64,000 bases of DNA from an uncultured Gemmatimonadaceae bacterium (GCA_963716745.1 OY970320.1:1056001-1120000), one strand, 5' to 3'. Counted from the stretch's first letter, positions 41,861 through 54,315 are shown. A program made the numbers and translations. The notes: generated by a model from the letters alone, not told the origin.

Positions 41861-44561
41861 TCAGCGCAATCGTCCCAGTTTGTCGGGCGGCAATTCGGTC
41901 ACCACGATGGTCCGCGTGAGCTTCTTATCCCCCATCGTGAGGTGCACGGTGTACGTGCCCGGCGGCACGCGCACCAACTCCGCGCGGTCGGTGGGTTCGC
42001 CCAATCCGCGCGGACGCGGCCGCTGGCTCGACAGGTCCCACGTCACACGCTGCAGTCCCGGCACGCCCGATCCCGTGATCGTGCGCACGGTGTCGCCGTT
42101 CGCACTGGTGATGACCAACTTCACGCCCTCCGCCTGCGGCTCCTTGATATAGTAGGAGATCACGGCGCCGCGCGGCGGATTCTGCCCCATGAACTGCGCG
42201 CTGCCGCTCGACGGCAGCGTGTGATGCCACCGGAATTGGTACGCCGGCGCCACCTCGAACAGATGCACCGGCGCGCCGAGCAGCGAATCGCTGTACTCTT
42301 CCGCCGCGCCCACGTTCGCGATGTAGATCCCGCGGCCGTGCGTGCCCACCACCAGCTCGTTCTCGCGGTGCGCGATCGCGAGCGCTTCCACCATCACGTG
42401 CGGGAAGATCCTTGCCGAAGCGGCGCCACCGCTGGCCGCCATCGAGCGTGGCGTACACACCGTCCGATGTGCCGGCGAACAGCACGCGCGCGTTGCGCGG
42501 GCTCTCGATCACGATCATGCTCCCGCGATCGGCGGGCAATCCATTCACCAGCTCGGTCCACGTGGCGCCGAAATCAGTGGTGCGCCAGATGTGCGGCCGG
42601 TAGTCGTCGCGATGATGACAGTCGAGCGCCACCCACGCGGTGCCGTCGGCATGCGCCGAGGCCGCGATCGAGGAGACGAAGCAATCGGTCGGCGCGCCCT
42701 TCGGGAATTTTCCCGTGGTATTGATCCACGTGCGGCCGGTGTCTCGCGACACCCAGATATTACCGTCGTCGGTGCCGGTCCAGAGCACGGCCGCGCTGCG
42801 CGGGCTCTCGGCGATCGAGAAGATCGAATGATAACTCGTGCTCCCCACCTCCGGCGCCGGCTTATCGCGCGGCGTCTTGGTCATGTCGGGGCCGAGCGCT
42901 TCCCAATCTTTCCCGCCTTGCTTCAGCCGGAACAAGCGATTCGCGCCGAGGTACACCGTGCCCGAGTCGTGCGTGGAGATGAGGATCGGCGTGGTCCAAC
43001 CCCACGTGAACGCGTAGCCGCTCTCCGCGCCCGCATCGAGCGACGCAGGCACGATGTCATCGCGCTTGAACGTGCGCAGATCGAGTTTGGACACGTTGCC
43101 GTACTGCCAGCCCGAGTACACCGTGAACGGATCGCGCGGCGGCACCTGCACCCACATGCCGTCGCCGCCGTTCACCGGATACCAGTCGGCATCGTCGATC
43201 CCGCTCGAATCTCGCGACGCACTCGGCCCGCACCAGACGCCGTTGTCTTGCAGGCCGCCGCACACCTGATACGGCGCGAGCGAGCTATCCACGATCACGG
43301 TGTAGAACTGGCCGATGGGCAGCGGCATGTGCCACCACGCCTTGCCGGCGTCGTACGTAACGTAGGCGCCACCATCGTTGCCGAGGATGCGATGGCCCGC
43401 GTCGTGCGGATCCATCCAGAGCGCGTGGTTGTCCACGTGCACGTTGAACAACGATTCCGGCGCGAATGTGCGGCCGCCGTCCTTGCTCTCGAGCAGCGGA
43501 CTCGCGGCGACGAACACGTGCTGCGAATCGTTGGGGTCCACGAAGATCGCATCGTAGTAGTAGTGCGGCTCCGCCTGCAGATCGTTCACTTGCGTCCACG
43601 TGGCGCCGGCATCGGATGAGCGGAACACGCCGCCGAACGGACCCTGCCCCGGACCGGTGATGCCGCGATCCACTTCGATCATCGCGAACACGAGCTTGGG
43701 ATCCTGCGGCGAGATCGCGAGACCGATGCGGCCCATCTTATCGAAGGGCAATCCGTTCTTCTTCGCGGCGTCGGTGAGTCGCACCCACGTCTTGCCGCCA
43801 TCGGTGGTCTTGTAGATGCCGCTCCCCTTGCCAACTCCTTCCATATGCGCGCCGCCCCAGCGCAGGCGATGCCACGCCGCGGCGTAGAGCGTGTTGGGAT
43901 CCTTCGGATCCATCGCGAGATCCACGAAGCCGGTGGTGTCGTTCACGAAGAGCACGCGCGTCCACGTCTTGCCGCCGTCGGTGGTCTTGTAGACGCCGCG
44001 TTCATTGTTCGGACCCCAGAGGTGGCCGAGCGCGGCGACGTACACGATGTCGGGATTCGCGGGGTCGATGACGACACGGCCAATGGCCTTCGAATCGGCG
44101 AGGCCCATGTTCTTCCATTTCTTGCCGCCGTCCACCGACTTGTAGACGCCGTCGCCCCAGTACTGCGACCGAAGGCTGTTCTTCTCGCCGGTGCCTACCC
44201 AAATGATGTTGCTGTCGCTCGGCGCGACGGCGAGATCGCCGATCGTCTCGCTGCCGAGTCCGGAGGAGATCGAGCGCCACGTGACGCCGGCGTTCGTCGT
44301 TTTCCATACGCCGCCGCCGGCCGCGCCGATATAGAACGTCTTCGGCCGCGCCTCGGCGCTCGTGGGCACGGCGATCGCCGTGACGCGGCCGGAGTACGCG
44401 GCGGGTCCGATCGCGCGATAGCTGAAGTTCGAGAGGAACTTCGAGACAGAATCGGCAGTGGTGTCGGGAGCGGCCGCGGGAGCTTTCTTGGCGGCGGGCT
44501 TCTGCGCGGCGAGGGGGAGCGCGGCGAGCAGGACGAGCACGAGCGAGCGGGACGCGAACAT
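41861..44561 (-). CDS. Secreted VPS10/sortilin-like BNR-repeat protein (frameshift ~42410)
   Basis: YRAIGPAAYSGRV; KTTDGGKTW repeats; HVDNHALW; GGLQDNG; GTHGRGIY. Confidence 0.9.
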
Positions 44562-44633
44562 CGGGGAGACTCTCAGGAAGGTGGCGAACAAATCCTACGA
44601 CGCGGCGCGGAGCTTCGCCAGAATCGCCAACCT

Positions 44634-44791
44634 GCGCGTGTAGGCCTTAGTACCGCTTGAGAAGCGCGTTTAGCAACTGAGCGTATGGTACGGCAGGGGC
44701 GTGAGTTGGGGTCCTTCCCACTCACGCTCCGCCGTACCATACGCTCAGTTGCCATACGCGCCGTTTCAGCGGTACCAGGGCCTACACCCGC
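44634..44791. repeat. Repeat family C copy 2
   Basis: gcgcgtGTAGgcc...ggcCTACacccgc full-length palindrome. Confidence 0.92.
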
Positions 44792-44842
44792 CGTTCATAG
44801 ATCTGCGCTGGCGAAGCTACAGTCACGTTCACAGTTTGAAGC

Positions 44843-47456
44843 ATGGCCCCGGCACACACTTCCCTCGCGGCTGCGCTCGCGGATCGCTACCGCATCGAGC
44901 GTGCGATCGGCGCCGGTGGGATGGCGACAGTCTATCTGGCGCGGGACCTCAAACACGACCGCGAGGTGGCACTCAAGGTGCTGCGCCCCGATCTCGCCGC
45001 GGTCCTCGGCGCCGACCGCTTCCTGAATGAGATCCGGATCACGGCACGGCTCAGCCACCCGCACATCCTGGCGCTCATCGACTCCGGCGCGGCGGACGGC
45101 TTTCTCTACTATGTACTCCCATACGTTCGTGGCGAGTCGCTGCGCGACCGGCTGCGCTCGGAGCGGCAGCTCAGTCTCGACGAGACGGTCCGCATCACCA
45201 CGCAGGTGGCCGCCGCGCTCGACTACGCGCACCGGCAGGGGGTGATCCACCGCGACATCAAGCCCGAGAACATCCTGCTGCAGGAAGGCGAAGCGATGCT
45301 CGCCGACTTCGGCATCGCGCTCGCGGTGAAGGAGGCCGGTGGCAACCGCCTCACGGAAACGGGACTCTCGCTCGGAACGCCGCAGTACATGAGCCCGGAA
45401 CAGGCGACCGGCGACCGCACGCTCGACGCGCGGAGCAATGTGTACTCGCTCGGTGCGGTCGTGTACGAGATGCTTGCCGGCGAGCCGCCGGTCTCGGGTG
45501 CCTCGGCGCAGGCGATCATCGCGAAGCTGCTCACCGAACGGCCCACCCGACTGCGGGTGACACGCGACACCGTGCCCGAGACGGTGGACGACGCGGTGCT
45601 CCGCGCGCTCGCGAAGGTGCCCTCGGACCGTTACGCGAGCGCCGGAGAATTCGCGGCGGCGATCGCCGCGGGCGTGGGCAAGCCTCGCGCGCGCGCGGGA
45701 ACTAGGCGGTGGCCGATAGTCGCGGCCGCGGCGCTGACCCTTCTCGCCGGTCTCGCGTGGTGGCTTGCGCGGGGGCCTGCGCGTGGTGAGCACACCGCCG
45801 CGTTCGCGTTGCGCGACCGCACGCAACTCACGTCGTCAGGACGCGCCGAGCAGGCGGCGATCTCAGTCCGACGGAAAAGAGATCGCGTACCTCACCTCGT
45901 CGTGCGGCGCAGCGGGATGCGCGAACGCAGTGGTGGTCCAGAATGTCGGTGAACCGGAGAGCCGCGAGCTGCTCACGGGACTCCAGGCTGTGAACAACAT
46001 CGAGTGGAGCCCGGACCGCCGGAATCTCCTCGTGACCGCGAGCGTCGGCGGGCGGCAGGGCGCATACCTCCTCTCCGTGTTCGGCGGCGCACCGAAGTTC
46101 CTCTCGCCTATCTGGGCGAGTTTCTTCGCCGGCGGAGATTCGATCATCATGGTGCCGCCGCAGGCGCTGAAGGGCGACTCCATGGTGCACCTGCTCATCG
46201 CCGGCCTCGATGGCGTGCCGCGCGACAGCATCGTGACCAACGGCCCGGTCGATTGGATCTTCATTTTCAACGTTCCCGGCACGACGCGCTTCGTGGCGCT
46301 CGCCACGCTCGGCCGGAACGCGGAGGTCCGCGTCATCGACCGGCAAGGCAATGGTGACGCAGCGCGGAGCCCTTCCGGGTGATCGACTTCCAACACGCCG
46401 CCGTGTGGAGGGCGTCGCGCGATGCGATCTGGATACAAATGCAGCAGGCCAACCACCCCGGACTCGTGCGCCTGCCGTTCGATGCGAAGAGCGGACGCAT
46501 CCTGCCGGCGATCGACACCGTCTATTTCGGAAGCAATGACCGGATTCGACGTCACGGCGGATGGCGGCAGCGTCGTCATGGCCGAGGACGCCGCCGAATA
46601 CGAGATCTGGGTCACGAGCGTGACCGACGCGCTGCACGGCCGCTTCGCGCCGAAGGATCGCGTGTGGCGATCCTCGGCCGTGCTCACCGCCCAGATCTCC
46701 TACGATGGGTCGCGGATCTTCTTCGTGAACACCGTGACCGGCGCATCGGGAAGTGAGCGGCTGCCCTACGTCCTTCGCGTCGCCGATCGCAGTGCCGCTC
46801 CGGTCGCGAGCCGCGGCGCATTCGTGAGGGCGTACTGGGCAGACTCCGTATCACTCGCCCTGGAGGAGCGCGACGGTCAGCACGTGCGTCTCGTGCTCGT
46901 GGACAGCCGAACCGGCCGGCGCAGCGAAGAGCGCCTGCTCGACGACTCGCTGATCGTCGACTACGCGCATCTCGGAGGAGGCGGCGGCTGGACCTGGACT
47001 CCGGCCGACGGCCAAAGCGTCCGCGTCTGGATGCCCGGCGACGCGGCGCCGCGCGTCTTTCCCAAGCCCGCGTGGTTCCTCGGCGTCGCCGGCCTGGGTT
47101 CGACGCTCGACGGGAAACGGATCGCCATTGGCGGCGTGCGTGCCGGCTTTGCCGATTCCCTGCGCTTCGACGTCATCGACGTGACGAGCGGCGCGGCGGT
47201 TCCGTGGGGAACCGTGAACATCTCATCGCTCAGCTCGACGTGTTTTCTCACGGATGGCTCGCTGCTCTTCATCGCGTTCGAGGCCGGCGGCCTGTACAAG
47301 CTGTACCGGGTGCGCAGTCCCGGCCGCGTCGAAGTGATCGGCACCGTGCCGCGCGCCGCGAAGGCGGTGGACGTTTCACGCGACTTGAAACGCGCGGCGG
47401 TCACGGTGCAGGAGGATCACGGTGATGTGTGGCGATGGAGCGTCGTGCGGCACTAG
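44843..47456 (+). CDS. Ser/Thr protein kinase with TM and TolB-like beta-propeller (frameshifts ~45865, ~46350, ~46530)
   Basis: GAGGMATVY; VALKVL; HRDIKPEN; DFG; GTPQYMSPEQ; TM; SPDGK/WSPD-type repeats. Confidence 0.9.
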
Positions 47457-47457
47457 G

Positions 47458-47618
47458 GCGCGTGTGGGCCTTGGTACCGCTGAAAGGGCGCGTATGGCAA
47501 CGGAGCGTATGGTACGACTCGGCGTGAGTTGGCACTACGTTCGCCCACTCACGCCCTGCCGTACCATACGCTCCGTTGCTATACGCGCTTCTCAAGCGGT
47601 ACTAGGGCCTACACGCGC
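47458..47618. repeat. Repeat family C copy 3
   Basis: Same arms as copies 1, 2 and 4 with a different loop; lies between convergent genes. Confidence 0.92.
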
Positions 47619-47628
47619 GGTTCGGAGT

Positions 47629-50314
47629 TCAGCCATGCAACGCCGTTATCAGATCCACCCGAATGACTCGCCGCGCTGGTATGTAACAGGCCGCGAGCGC
47701 GACCACCGTGAGCAGCGCCGTCGTGAGCGTGAACGCGAGCGGGTCCATTGGACTTACGCCGTACAGCACGCCCGCGAGCAGGCGCGATGCCACGAGCGCG
47801 CCTGCGAGGCCGACCACGCCGCCCACGAGCGCGAGCTGCGCGCCCTGCCGGAGCACCATGCTCACCACGCGAGCGGGCGGCGCACCCAGCGCCAGCCGCA
47901 CGCCGATCTCCGTCGTGCGTTCGCCGACCATGTAAGAGACCACGCCGTAGATCCCGAGCGCCGACAGCACGAGCGCCGTCACGGCGAACGCCGCGATGAG
48001 CTCCATCGCGAACCGGCGCGCCGCCAGCGATGCCCACACGGTTTCGTCGAGTCGCTCCGCCGCGAACACGGGCAGCGCAGCGTTGATCGACTGCACCTGT
48101 TCGCGCATGGCGCGCTCCACCACGGCCAACTCGAATTGCCCGCGCAAGAAGATCGCGAGATGCTTGCCACGTTGCTGGTACAAGCTGGCGTACACCTGTG
48201 GAATGTCAGGGCGCGCCAGCGAGTCGGTGCGCGCGTCGCCGATGATGCCGACGACGGTGGTCCACGCCGGAGAAGACGGCGACAACTTCAGGCGTTGGCC
48301 CAGCGCATCCTGATCGGGCCAGTATGTTCGCGCCATGGCCTGGTTAATGATGGCCACCCACGGCGCCTGGTCGTCGTCGTGATCATTTAACAGGCGTCCG
48401 CGCACGAGCCGCATGCCGAGCAGGCCGAAATACTCGGGCGTCACTTCCGATGCGGTGAGGTACACGGGCTGGGCCATCGTCGCGGGCCGGTCCTCGAGCA
48501 CGACGCGGCGTACCGGCTGGTCCTGGTACGGATGATCGAGCGGCACGGCGCCGCCGCTGCCGACCGCGACGTCCTGAACGCCGCCGAGGCTCAGGGCGCG
48601 GCGGATCACCTCGCGCACGAACGGCGCCTGCGCCGCCGCCGTGGGATACAGATCCTCCTTCGGGTCGTTCGGGTACGGCAGCCGCGTGCGCACCACCATC
48701 ACACGCTGCGGATCGAAGCCCAGCGGCTCGCTCGTGAGCCGCCAGAAGCTGCGCACGAGGAGCGCCGCGCTGATCATCAAGCGTGAGCGACAGTGCGAAC
48801 TGCGCCACGACGAACGCCCGGCGGGCGCGCGCCTGCGTGCCTGAGCTCGTCGCGCCGCGGCCTTCCTGTTTCAGCGCGCCGGTGAGATTCATTCGTCTGA
48901 CCTGCAGCGCGGGCACGAGACCGAAGACGATCCCCGCCAGGAGCGACGCGCCGAGCGCGAAGCACAGCGCGACCCGATCGACTGAGATCTCGTTCAGCCT
49001 CGGCACTGCCTCGGGGATCAGGCCGGCGAGCGTGTGCTGCGCCGGAAACAGGAGCGCGAGCCCCAAGAGCGCACCAAGCATGGAGAGCACGACGCTCTCG
49101 GTGAGCAGTTGGCGGATGAGCCGCGATGGCCCGCCGCCGAGCGCCTGGCGCAGCGCCATCTCGCGCGCGCGCGCCGTGGCCCGCGTGAGCAGGAGATTGG
49201 CGACGTTCGCACACGCGATGAGCAAGACGAGCGCGACCGCGCCGAACAGGAACAATAACGGCTGGCGGACGTCGCCGTTCACCCACCGATCCAGCGGAAC
49301 GAGCCGCACGCGCCAGTCGCTCGCGGGGGGATAGTCGGCCGGATATTGGCGCCGTAGGTCTCGAACGAGTGCATCGACGCGCCGTTGCGCGTCCTCGACC
49401 GACGTGCCCGGCGCGAGGCGCGCGATGGCGCCGGGAAAGAGCGGAGTGCGCGTGGGGGGCGTCGTGAGCGGCGCGCCGGCGAATCCGAACGCGACCCACA
49501 CCTCCGTTCCGCGACCCTCTCGCGCGTGTTCCGGCGAATGGAATCCCGGCGGCATGACGCCGATGACACGATACGAGTCGGAGTCGAGTTGCACGACACG
49601 CCCGATGACGCTGGGATCGCCGCCGAACACGCGCTTCCAGAGACCGTCGCTGATCATCACTTGCTCATTGAATCCCGGCGTGCGATCCGCCGGATCGAAC
49701 GCCGACCCGAGCGCCGGCTTGACGCCGAGCAGGGAGAAATAATTCGGCGCGACGATGAGCATGCTGACTCTCTGCGCGCGATCCAATCCCGTGAGGTTGT
49801 TGTTGTCGTACCAGGTCGGCGACACGTATTGGAAAACGCCGGAGCGCTCGAGGTCCCACCACTCCGGCGTCGACATGCCGACGTCGCGCGCGCCGATGCC
49901 GGCGAGATCATCCTCGATGCGGACGAGCTGCCCGGACTGCGGGTAGGGCTGCGGCCGCAGCAGCGTGGCCTCGACGACGCTGAACATGGCCGTCGTGGTC
50001 CCAATGGCGAGCGCCATGGTGAGCACGGCGACGATCGTGAAGCCCGGCGAGCGGCGCAACATCCGCACGGCGAATCGCACGTCCTGCACGAGATGCTCGA
50101 TCCAGATACCCATACCGCCCCACTGGTCGCGGGCGATCTCTTGAACGAGTCCCGCGTTGCCGAACTCGCGCCGCGCGTTCGCCGCGGCGTCGGCCGGTGA
50201 TTCGCCGCGCGCGATGCGATCGGCCGCCGCCATCTCGAGATGCGCGCGCATCTCATCGCCGAGTTCATCGGTGCGGCGGTCACGCAGCCAGGGCACCCAG
50301 TCGGAAAGACTCAC
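47629..50314 (-). CDS. ABC transporter permease, ADOP type with prefix domain (frameshift ~48780)
   Basis: [15 protein letters not shown] prefix; [42 protein letters not shown] overlap with padR. Confidence 0.9.
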
Positions 50315-50670
50315 GGCTCCTCCGTGGCGGGCGGCAGCATGAGGCCGGCGATCACGTCGGCCATGGTGTTCCAGCGCGAGCGCTCGGCGTTGAGTCGCGC
50401 GCGCCCTTTGGTGGTGAGGCGATAGAGGCGAACGCGGCGTTTCGTGTCCGAGAGGCCCCACTCGGCCGCGATCGCGCGCTGCCGCACAAGGCGCTGCAGC
50501 GCCGGGTACAGCGAGCCGGTCTCGACCTGCAAGGCGTGGCCGGACTGCGCGCGGATCAGCTGGATGATGCCGTACCCGTGCGCCGGCCCCCAGCGCAGGG
50601 TCTGCAGGATGATGAGATCGAGGGTGCCTTGCAGCAGCTCGATGCGGGAGGTGGGCGTTCTGCGCGACAT
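50311..50670 (-). CDS. PadR family regulator (ADOP-associated)
   Basis: [22 protein letters not shown]...[11 protein letters not shown].....RR...YRLT..GR. Confidence 0.95.
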   Translation of the reverse strand: MSRRTPTSRIELLQGTLDLIILQTLRWGPAHGYGIIQLIRAQSGHALQVETGSLYPALQRLVRQRAIAAEWGLSDTKRRVRLYRLTTKGRARLNAERSRWNTMADVIAGLMLPPATEEP

Positions 50671-50682
50671 GGGTTCACTAGG

Positions 50683-50736
50683 TAGACGGTCTACGTATTG
50701 CGTCTACATAGTGCGGATTGGATGCGCGACTGTCAA
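50683..50736 (-). promoter_or_regulatory. Putative padR promoter and operator
   Basis: TTGACA on minus strand (50731-50736); palindrome GTAGAC-g-GTCTAC at ~50683-50695. Confidence 0.5.
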
Positions 50737-50737
50737 G

Positions 50738-50888
50738 GCGCGTGTAGGCCCTAGTACCGCTGAAACGGCGCGTCTAGCAACTGAGCGTATGGTACGACAA
50801 AGCGTGAGTTGGAACGGCGCCACTCACGCCCTGTCGTACCATACGCTCAGTTGCTAGACGCGCTTCTCAAGAGGTACTAAGGCCTACA
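50738..50888. repeat. Repeat family C copy 4
   Basis: gcgcgtGTAGgccctagtaccgc...ggtactaaggcCTAC. Confidence 0.92.
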
Positions 50889-50896
50889 GACTGCTC

Positions 50897-51647
50897 TTAA
50901 AGGAATTCGACTTGCCCTGTCTCAATGTGGTACATCGAGCCGACCATCATGATCTTCTTGTCTCTCTCGAGGCCCGCGAGCACCGGGCTGATCTTCCGGA
51001 TCTCGGCGAGCGTGAGCCTCACGTTCTCTGTGGCGACGGCATTCACGAAGTCGGGATTCTTCGCCCTGCGCTCGCCCTTGAAGTTCTTCACCGCGGCCAC
51101 GGCGGGGGTAAGTTTCTCCAGCATCTGCCGTGAGGTTGCCGAGCTTCGCGCCGTCGATCGCGCCCTTGATGGCGCCGCACGCCGTGTGGCCCATCACCAT
51201 CACCACCTTCGCGCCGGCCACCGCGCAGGCGAACTCCATGCTGCCCGCAAGATCGCGGTCCACGAAATTGCCGGCAATGCGCGCGTTGAACATGTCGCCA
51301 ATGCCCGCGTCGAGGATGATCTCGGCGGGCGCGCGTGAGTCGATGCAGCTCAGGATCACGGCGGCGGGATGCTGGCCGCCCGCGGTGATGTTCACATCGT
51401 GCAGATAGTCGCGATCCTGCCGCTCATCGCTCACGAAGCGTTTGTTCCCCGCCTTCGCGAGATCCACGATCTCCTGCGGCGTGAGCGCCGTCTGCCATTC
51501 CTTGGTGAGCGTCACCACCTTGCGCGGCTCGGCGGCGGGCGGCGCGGGGCACGGCTCCGACGGGCGGCATCCGAACAGGAGCGCGCCGGCGCCGGTGATC
51601 GCGCCGGCTCTCACGAATTGGCGGCGGTCCAACACATGCTGAGTCAT
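50897..51647 (-). CDS. Beta-carbonic anhydrase with Tat/lipoprotein-like signal (frameshift ~51125)
   Basis: DRRQF..LLFGC; GNKRF; LSCIDSRAPAE; RIAGN; GHTACGA. Confidence 0.92.
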
Positions 51648-51811
51648 GGGAGGAGCCCTCCATGGAGTGTGCAAGCTCGCGAGATCCTCCGTGGGATTCT
51701 TGCGGAGGTGATGTTCCGCTTTCAGCATACGCGACTCGCGAATAGCGCGCCAGCCGCACTCGCGCATCTTGGATCGTTGCAACATGTTCGATACGTATGG
51801 AGACTCAACCG

Positions 51812-52629
51812 ATGATCCGGTGGTCCGCCGCCGTGCTCGCCTGGCTCGGGTTCGCACTTCCGCGTGCGGCCATAGCGCCACCTGTAGTCGAGATCGTCGC
51901 GCGTGAATACGCCTTCGATGCGCCGGATTCGATCGCCTCGGGGCCCACAACGATCCATCTCGTCTCGCGCGGCCGCGAACAGCATTTCGTGTGGATCGCG
52001 AGGATCGCGAGCCCTCACACGTTGGCCGAATTCAAACAGACCCTCGGCAAGCCCGGCACACCGCCATGGATCACGCAGGTGGGTGGCGTGGGCACGATCG
52101 AACCGGGCGGCTCTGCGAGTACGACCATCGATCTCGCGCCGGGCTCGTACGTTCTCGAGTGCGACATGGAGGACTCGAAGGGAACGCCGCACATGATGGA
52201 GGGGATGATCCGTGAGCTCGTCGTCACCGCGGCGCGGAATGACGCGAAGATGCCGGCGGCCGACATTCGGATGGATCTCTCGGACTACGCGTTCACGCTG
52301 CCGACTCCGATCCATGCGGGCGCGCACGTGATCGAGGTACGCAACACGGGCTCGCAACCTCACATGGCGATGCTCTGGCGCTTGCACGCCGGCAAGACGC
52401 TCGCCAATGTGGTGAAATGGATGGACGCTGTCGCCGACCCGGGGCCGGCGCCTGTCACACTGCTCGGGGGAACGCCGGACATGGACCCTGGCGCTCTCCG
52501 TTGCAGCTCCCGGTGGAGCTCGCGGCGGGCAACTACGTGCTCATCTGCCTCGTGGACGATGTGCACGACCACAAGCCACACTATTCACACGGCATGGTGC
52601 GCGAGATCACGGTGGTTCACTCCTCGTAG
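51812..52629 (+). CDS. Secreted two-domain cupredoxin-like protein (frameshift ~52490)
   Basis: Two repeats of (E/D)YAF..P....G...H...Y.L.C-x9/10-H-x4-M. Confidence 0.7.
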
Positions 52630-53262
52630 CGCTCGAACCGGTACGCGAGCGCGGGGCTCTCCTTTCGTTCGTACGCGAGCTGCGCGATGAGCAGCGTGAA
52701 TGGCTCGAGGTAGCGGGCGATCCGCAGCGGGCCCGGCATCCACCGGGTCGAAGCCGGCATCGCGGATCAACTGCACCGCCGCTTTCTTCGCGATCTTGTC
52801 ATCGCCGCAATACACGAGACTTGGCCGGATTTTTCTGCGCCGCGCCGCGTACACCGCGAAGAACACCTCACTCGGAAGCGTGCCGAATGCGGAAACGATC
52901 CGCGCCTTCGGCACCATCTTCGCGAGGGCCTCGGCGCCGGATGATGTGTTCGCGATGACGAGTCCGGTCTCGTCATCGTGCATCGGCAGCGAGCACGTAA
53001 CGATGATCTTGCCGGCGACATCGCCGGCCTGCTGCAGTACGTCCTCGAAGCGCGACCAGTGCACCGCGAGCAGCAGCACATCCGAACCCTGCGCCGCTTC
53101 GCCTGGCGTGCCGGCACGCGCATTCGGTCCCGCCTCGCGCGCGAGCTTCGCCAGCTTCTTCGCGGTGCGCGCGTAGCTGAAGATCACCTCGTGTCCGGCG
53201 CGCGCGAATATCGTGCCGAGTTTGCCGCCCATGAGCCCCGAGCCGAGGATGCCGACGCGCAC
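52617..53262 (-). CDS. NADP oxidoreductase / F420-dependent reductase family (frameshift ~52730)
   Basis: GILGSGLMG Rossmann motif; SSGAE; YCGDD..AK..IRDAGFDPVDAG. Confidence 0.9.
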
Positions 53263-53265
53263 GGC

Positions 53266-53466
53266 TCAGCGCTCCAATCGGGGAACGACGACGTTCTTGG
53301 CGAGCGTCTTGATCCGGTCGCCATTCGCCTGAACGACCGTGATCGAGACGTGGCCGGTCTTGCCGCTCTTGATGTCGCGCACGGTGCCCGACTTCCCCTT
53401 GTGCGTTCCGCCAATGACTTCGCAGTGCGCGCCATCGCGCAGCCCGTGAGGCAGTCGGTCTTTCAT
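53266..53466 (-). CDS. Small KOW-motif protein (66 aa)
   Basis: DGAHCEVIGGTHKGKSGTV. Confidence 0.75.
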   Translation of the reverse strand: MKDRLPHGLRDGAHCEVIGGTHKGKSGTVRDIKSGKTGHVSITVVQANGDRIKTLAKNVVVPRLER

Positions 53467-53544
53467 CGTGCCGAGCCAGCTCGCTTGATGTCCATCGCGA
53501 ATTCCTCCACGATTCCGTTGGTGATCGAAGACTACGAGACTCCG

Positions 53545-54234
53545 ATGAGCAACGTAAAGGTGTACGTCGACCCGCAGGTGCAGAAGGTGCGCGACCTGTA
53601 CGCGGATCTTCTCACCGCGGAATTCTATGCGCTGCCGATCCGCATCCAACTCGAACTGCAGGCCGCGCGGCTGACGGAGGCGCATCGCCGGCGGAATGAC
53701 GCCGTCTGTTTCCAGATCGGATCGTGGCATCCGGAACTGACCGGACGACCGGATGAACGGATCCTCGAACACGCCTTCAGTCTCGACGACGGCAGCCTCA
53801 CCGTCGCGCGAGAATACGGATTCAAGAGCACGCGCGACGTGGATACAATTGCCGACAGGGGTTCGAACATCGCATTCGAGCGCGCGGTGAACACGATGCT
53901 CGCGGGCGACTTGGCGTCGCTCAAGACGATGATCGCAGCGCGGCCCGAATTGCTGTGCGAGCGCTCGCAGTACGGGCACGGCGCGACCCTCCTGCACTAC
54001 GCGGGCACGAACGGAGTGGAGTCGTACCGGCAAGTGGTGCCGTCGAACCTCGCCGAGATCGTCGAGTTCCTCATCGCGGCGGGCGCGGATCCCTCGAGCA
54101 CGGCCAACATCTACGGGCGCACCACTCCGCGCGAGCTGTTCGAGACCAGCAAGCATTCGCACGGATCGGGGGTGTACGGGTCGGTCATATCGGTGTTCAA
54201 GAAGCACGACGTACGGCATGACGCTATTATGTAG
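53545..54234 (+). CDS. Ankyrin-repeat-containing protein
   Basis: VAREYGF; AGDLASLK; GATLLHY; IVEFLIAAGADP. Confidence 0.75.
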   Translation: MSNVKVYVDPQVQKVRDLYADLLTAEFYALPIRIQLELQAARLTEAHRRRNDAVCFQIGSWHPELTGRPDERILEHAFSLDDGSLTVAREYGFKSTRDVDTIADRGSNIAFERAVNTMLAGDLASLKTMIAARPELLCERSQYGHGATLLHYAGTNGVESYRQVVPSNLAEIVEFLIAAGADPSSTANIYGRTTPRELFETSKHSHGSGVYGSVISVFKKHDVRHDAIM

Positions 54235-54315
54235 CTCGGACACATTCACGAGCGACGATGCCGACTCCGAGCGACTTCCCGGTTCCGTGCACTGCGAGCA
54301 CCGCTCGCGTGCGCG

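Noticed and set aside
45430..45450. Kinase subdomain IX Asp replaced by Asn (ARSNVYSLG) suggesting a pseudokinase
   Set aside because: All catalytic motifs (VALK, HRD, DFG) are intact, and this is a single base change in an error-prone sequence.
41666..50888. Family C (or family B) repeats as CRISPR array or integron attC sites
   Set aside because: Spacing is kilobases rather than 30-40 bp, no cas or intI gene is present, there are no RYYYAAC/GTTRRRY ends, and flanked genes are in mixed orientation.
51650..51800. Possible riboswitch or ncRNA in the intergenic region upstream of the carbonic anhydrase
   Set aside because: Only short GC stems and no recognisable conserved motif; cannot be supported without a covariance search.
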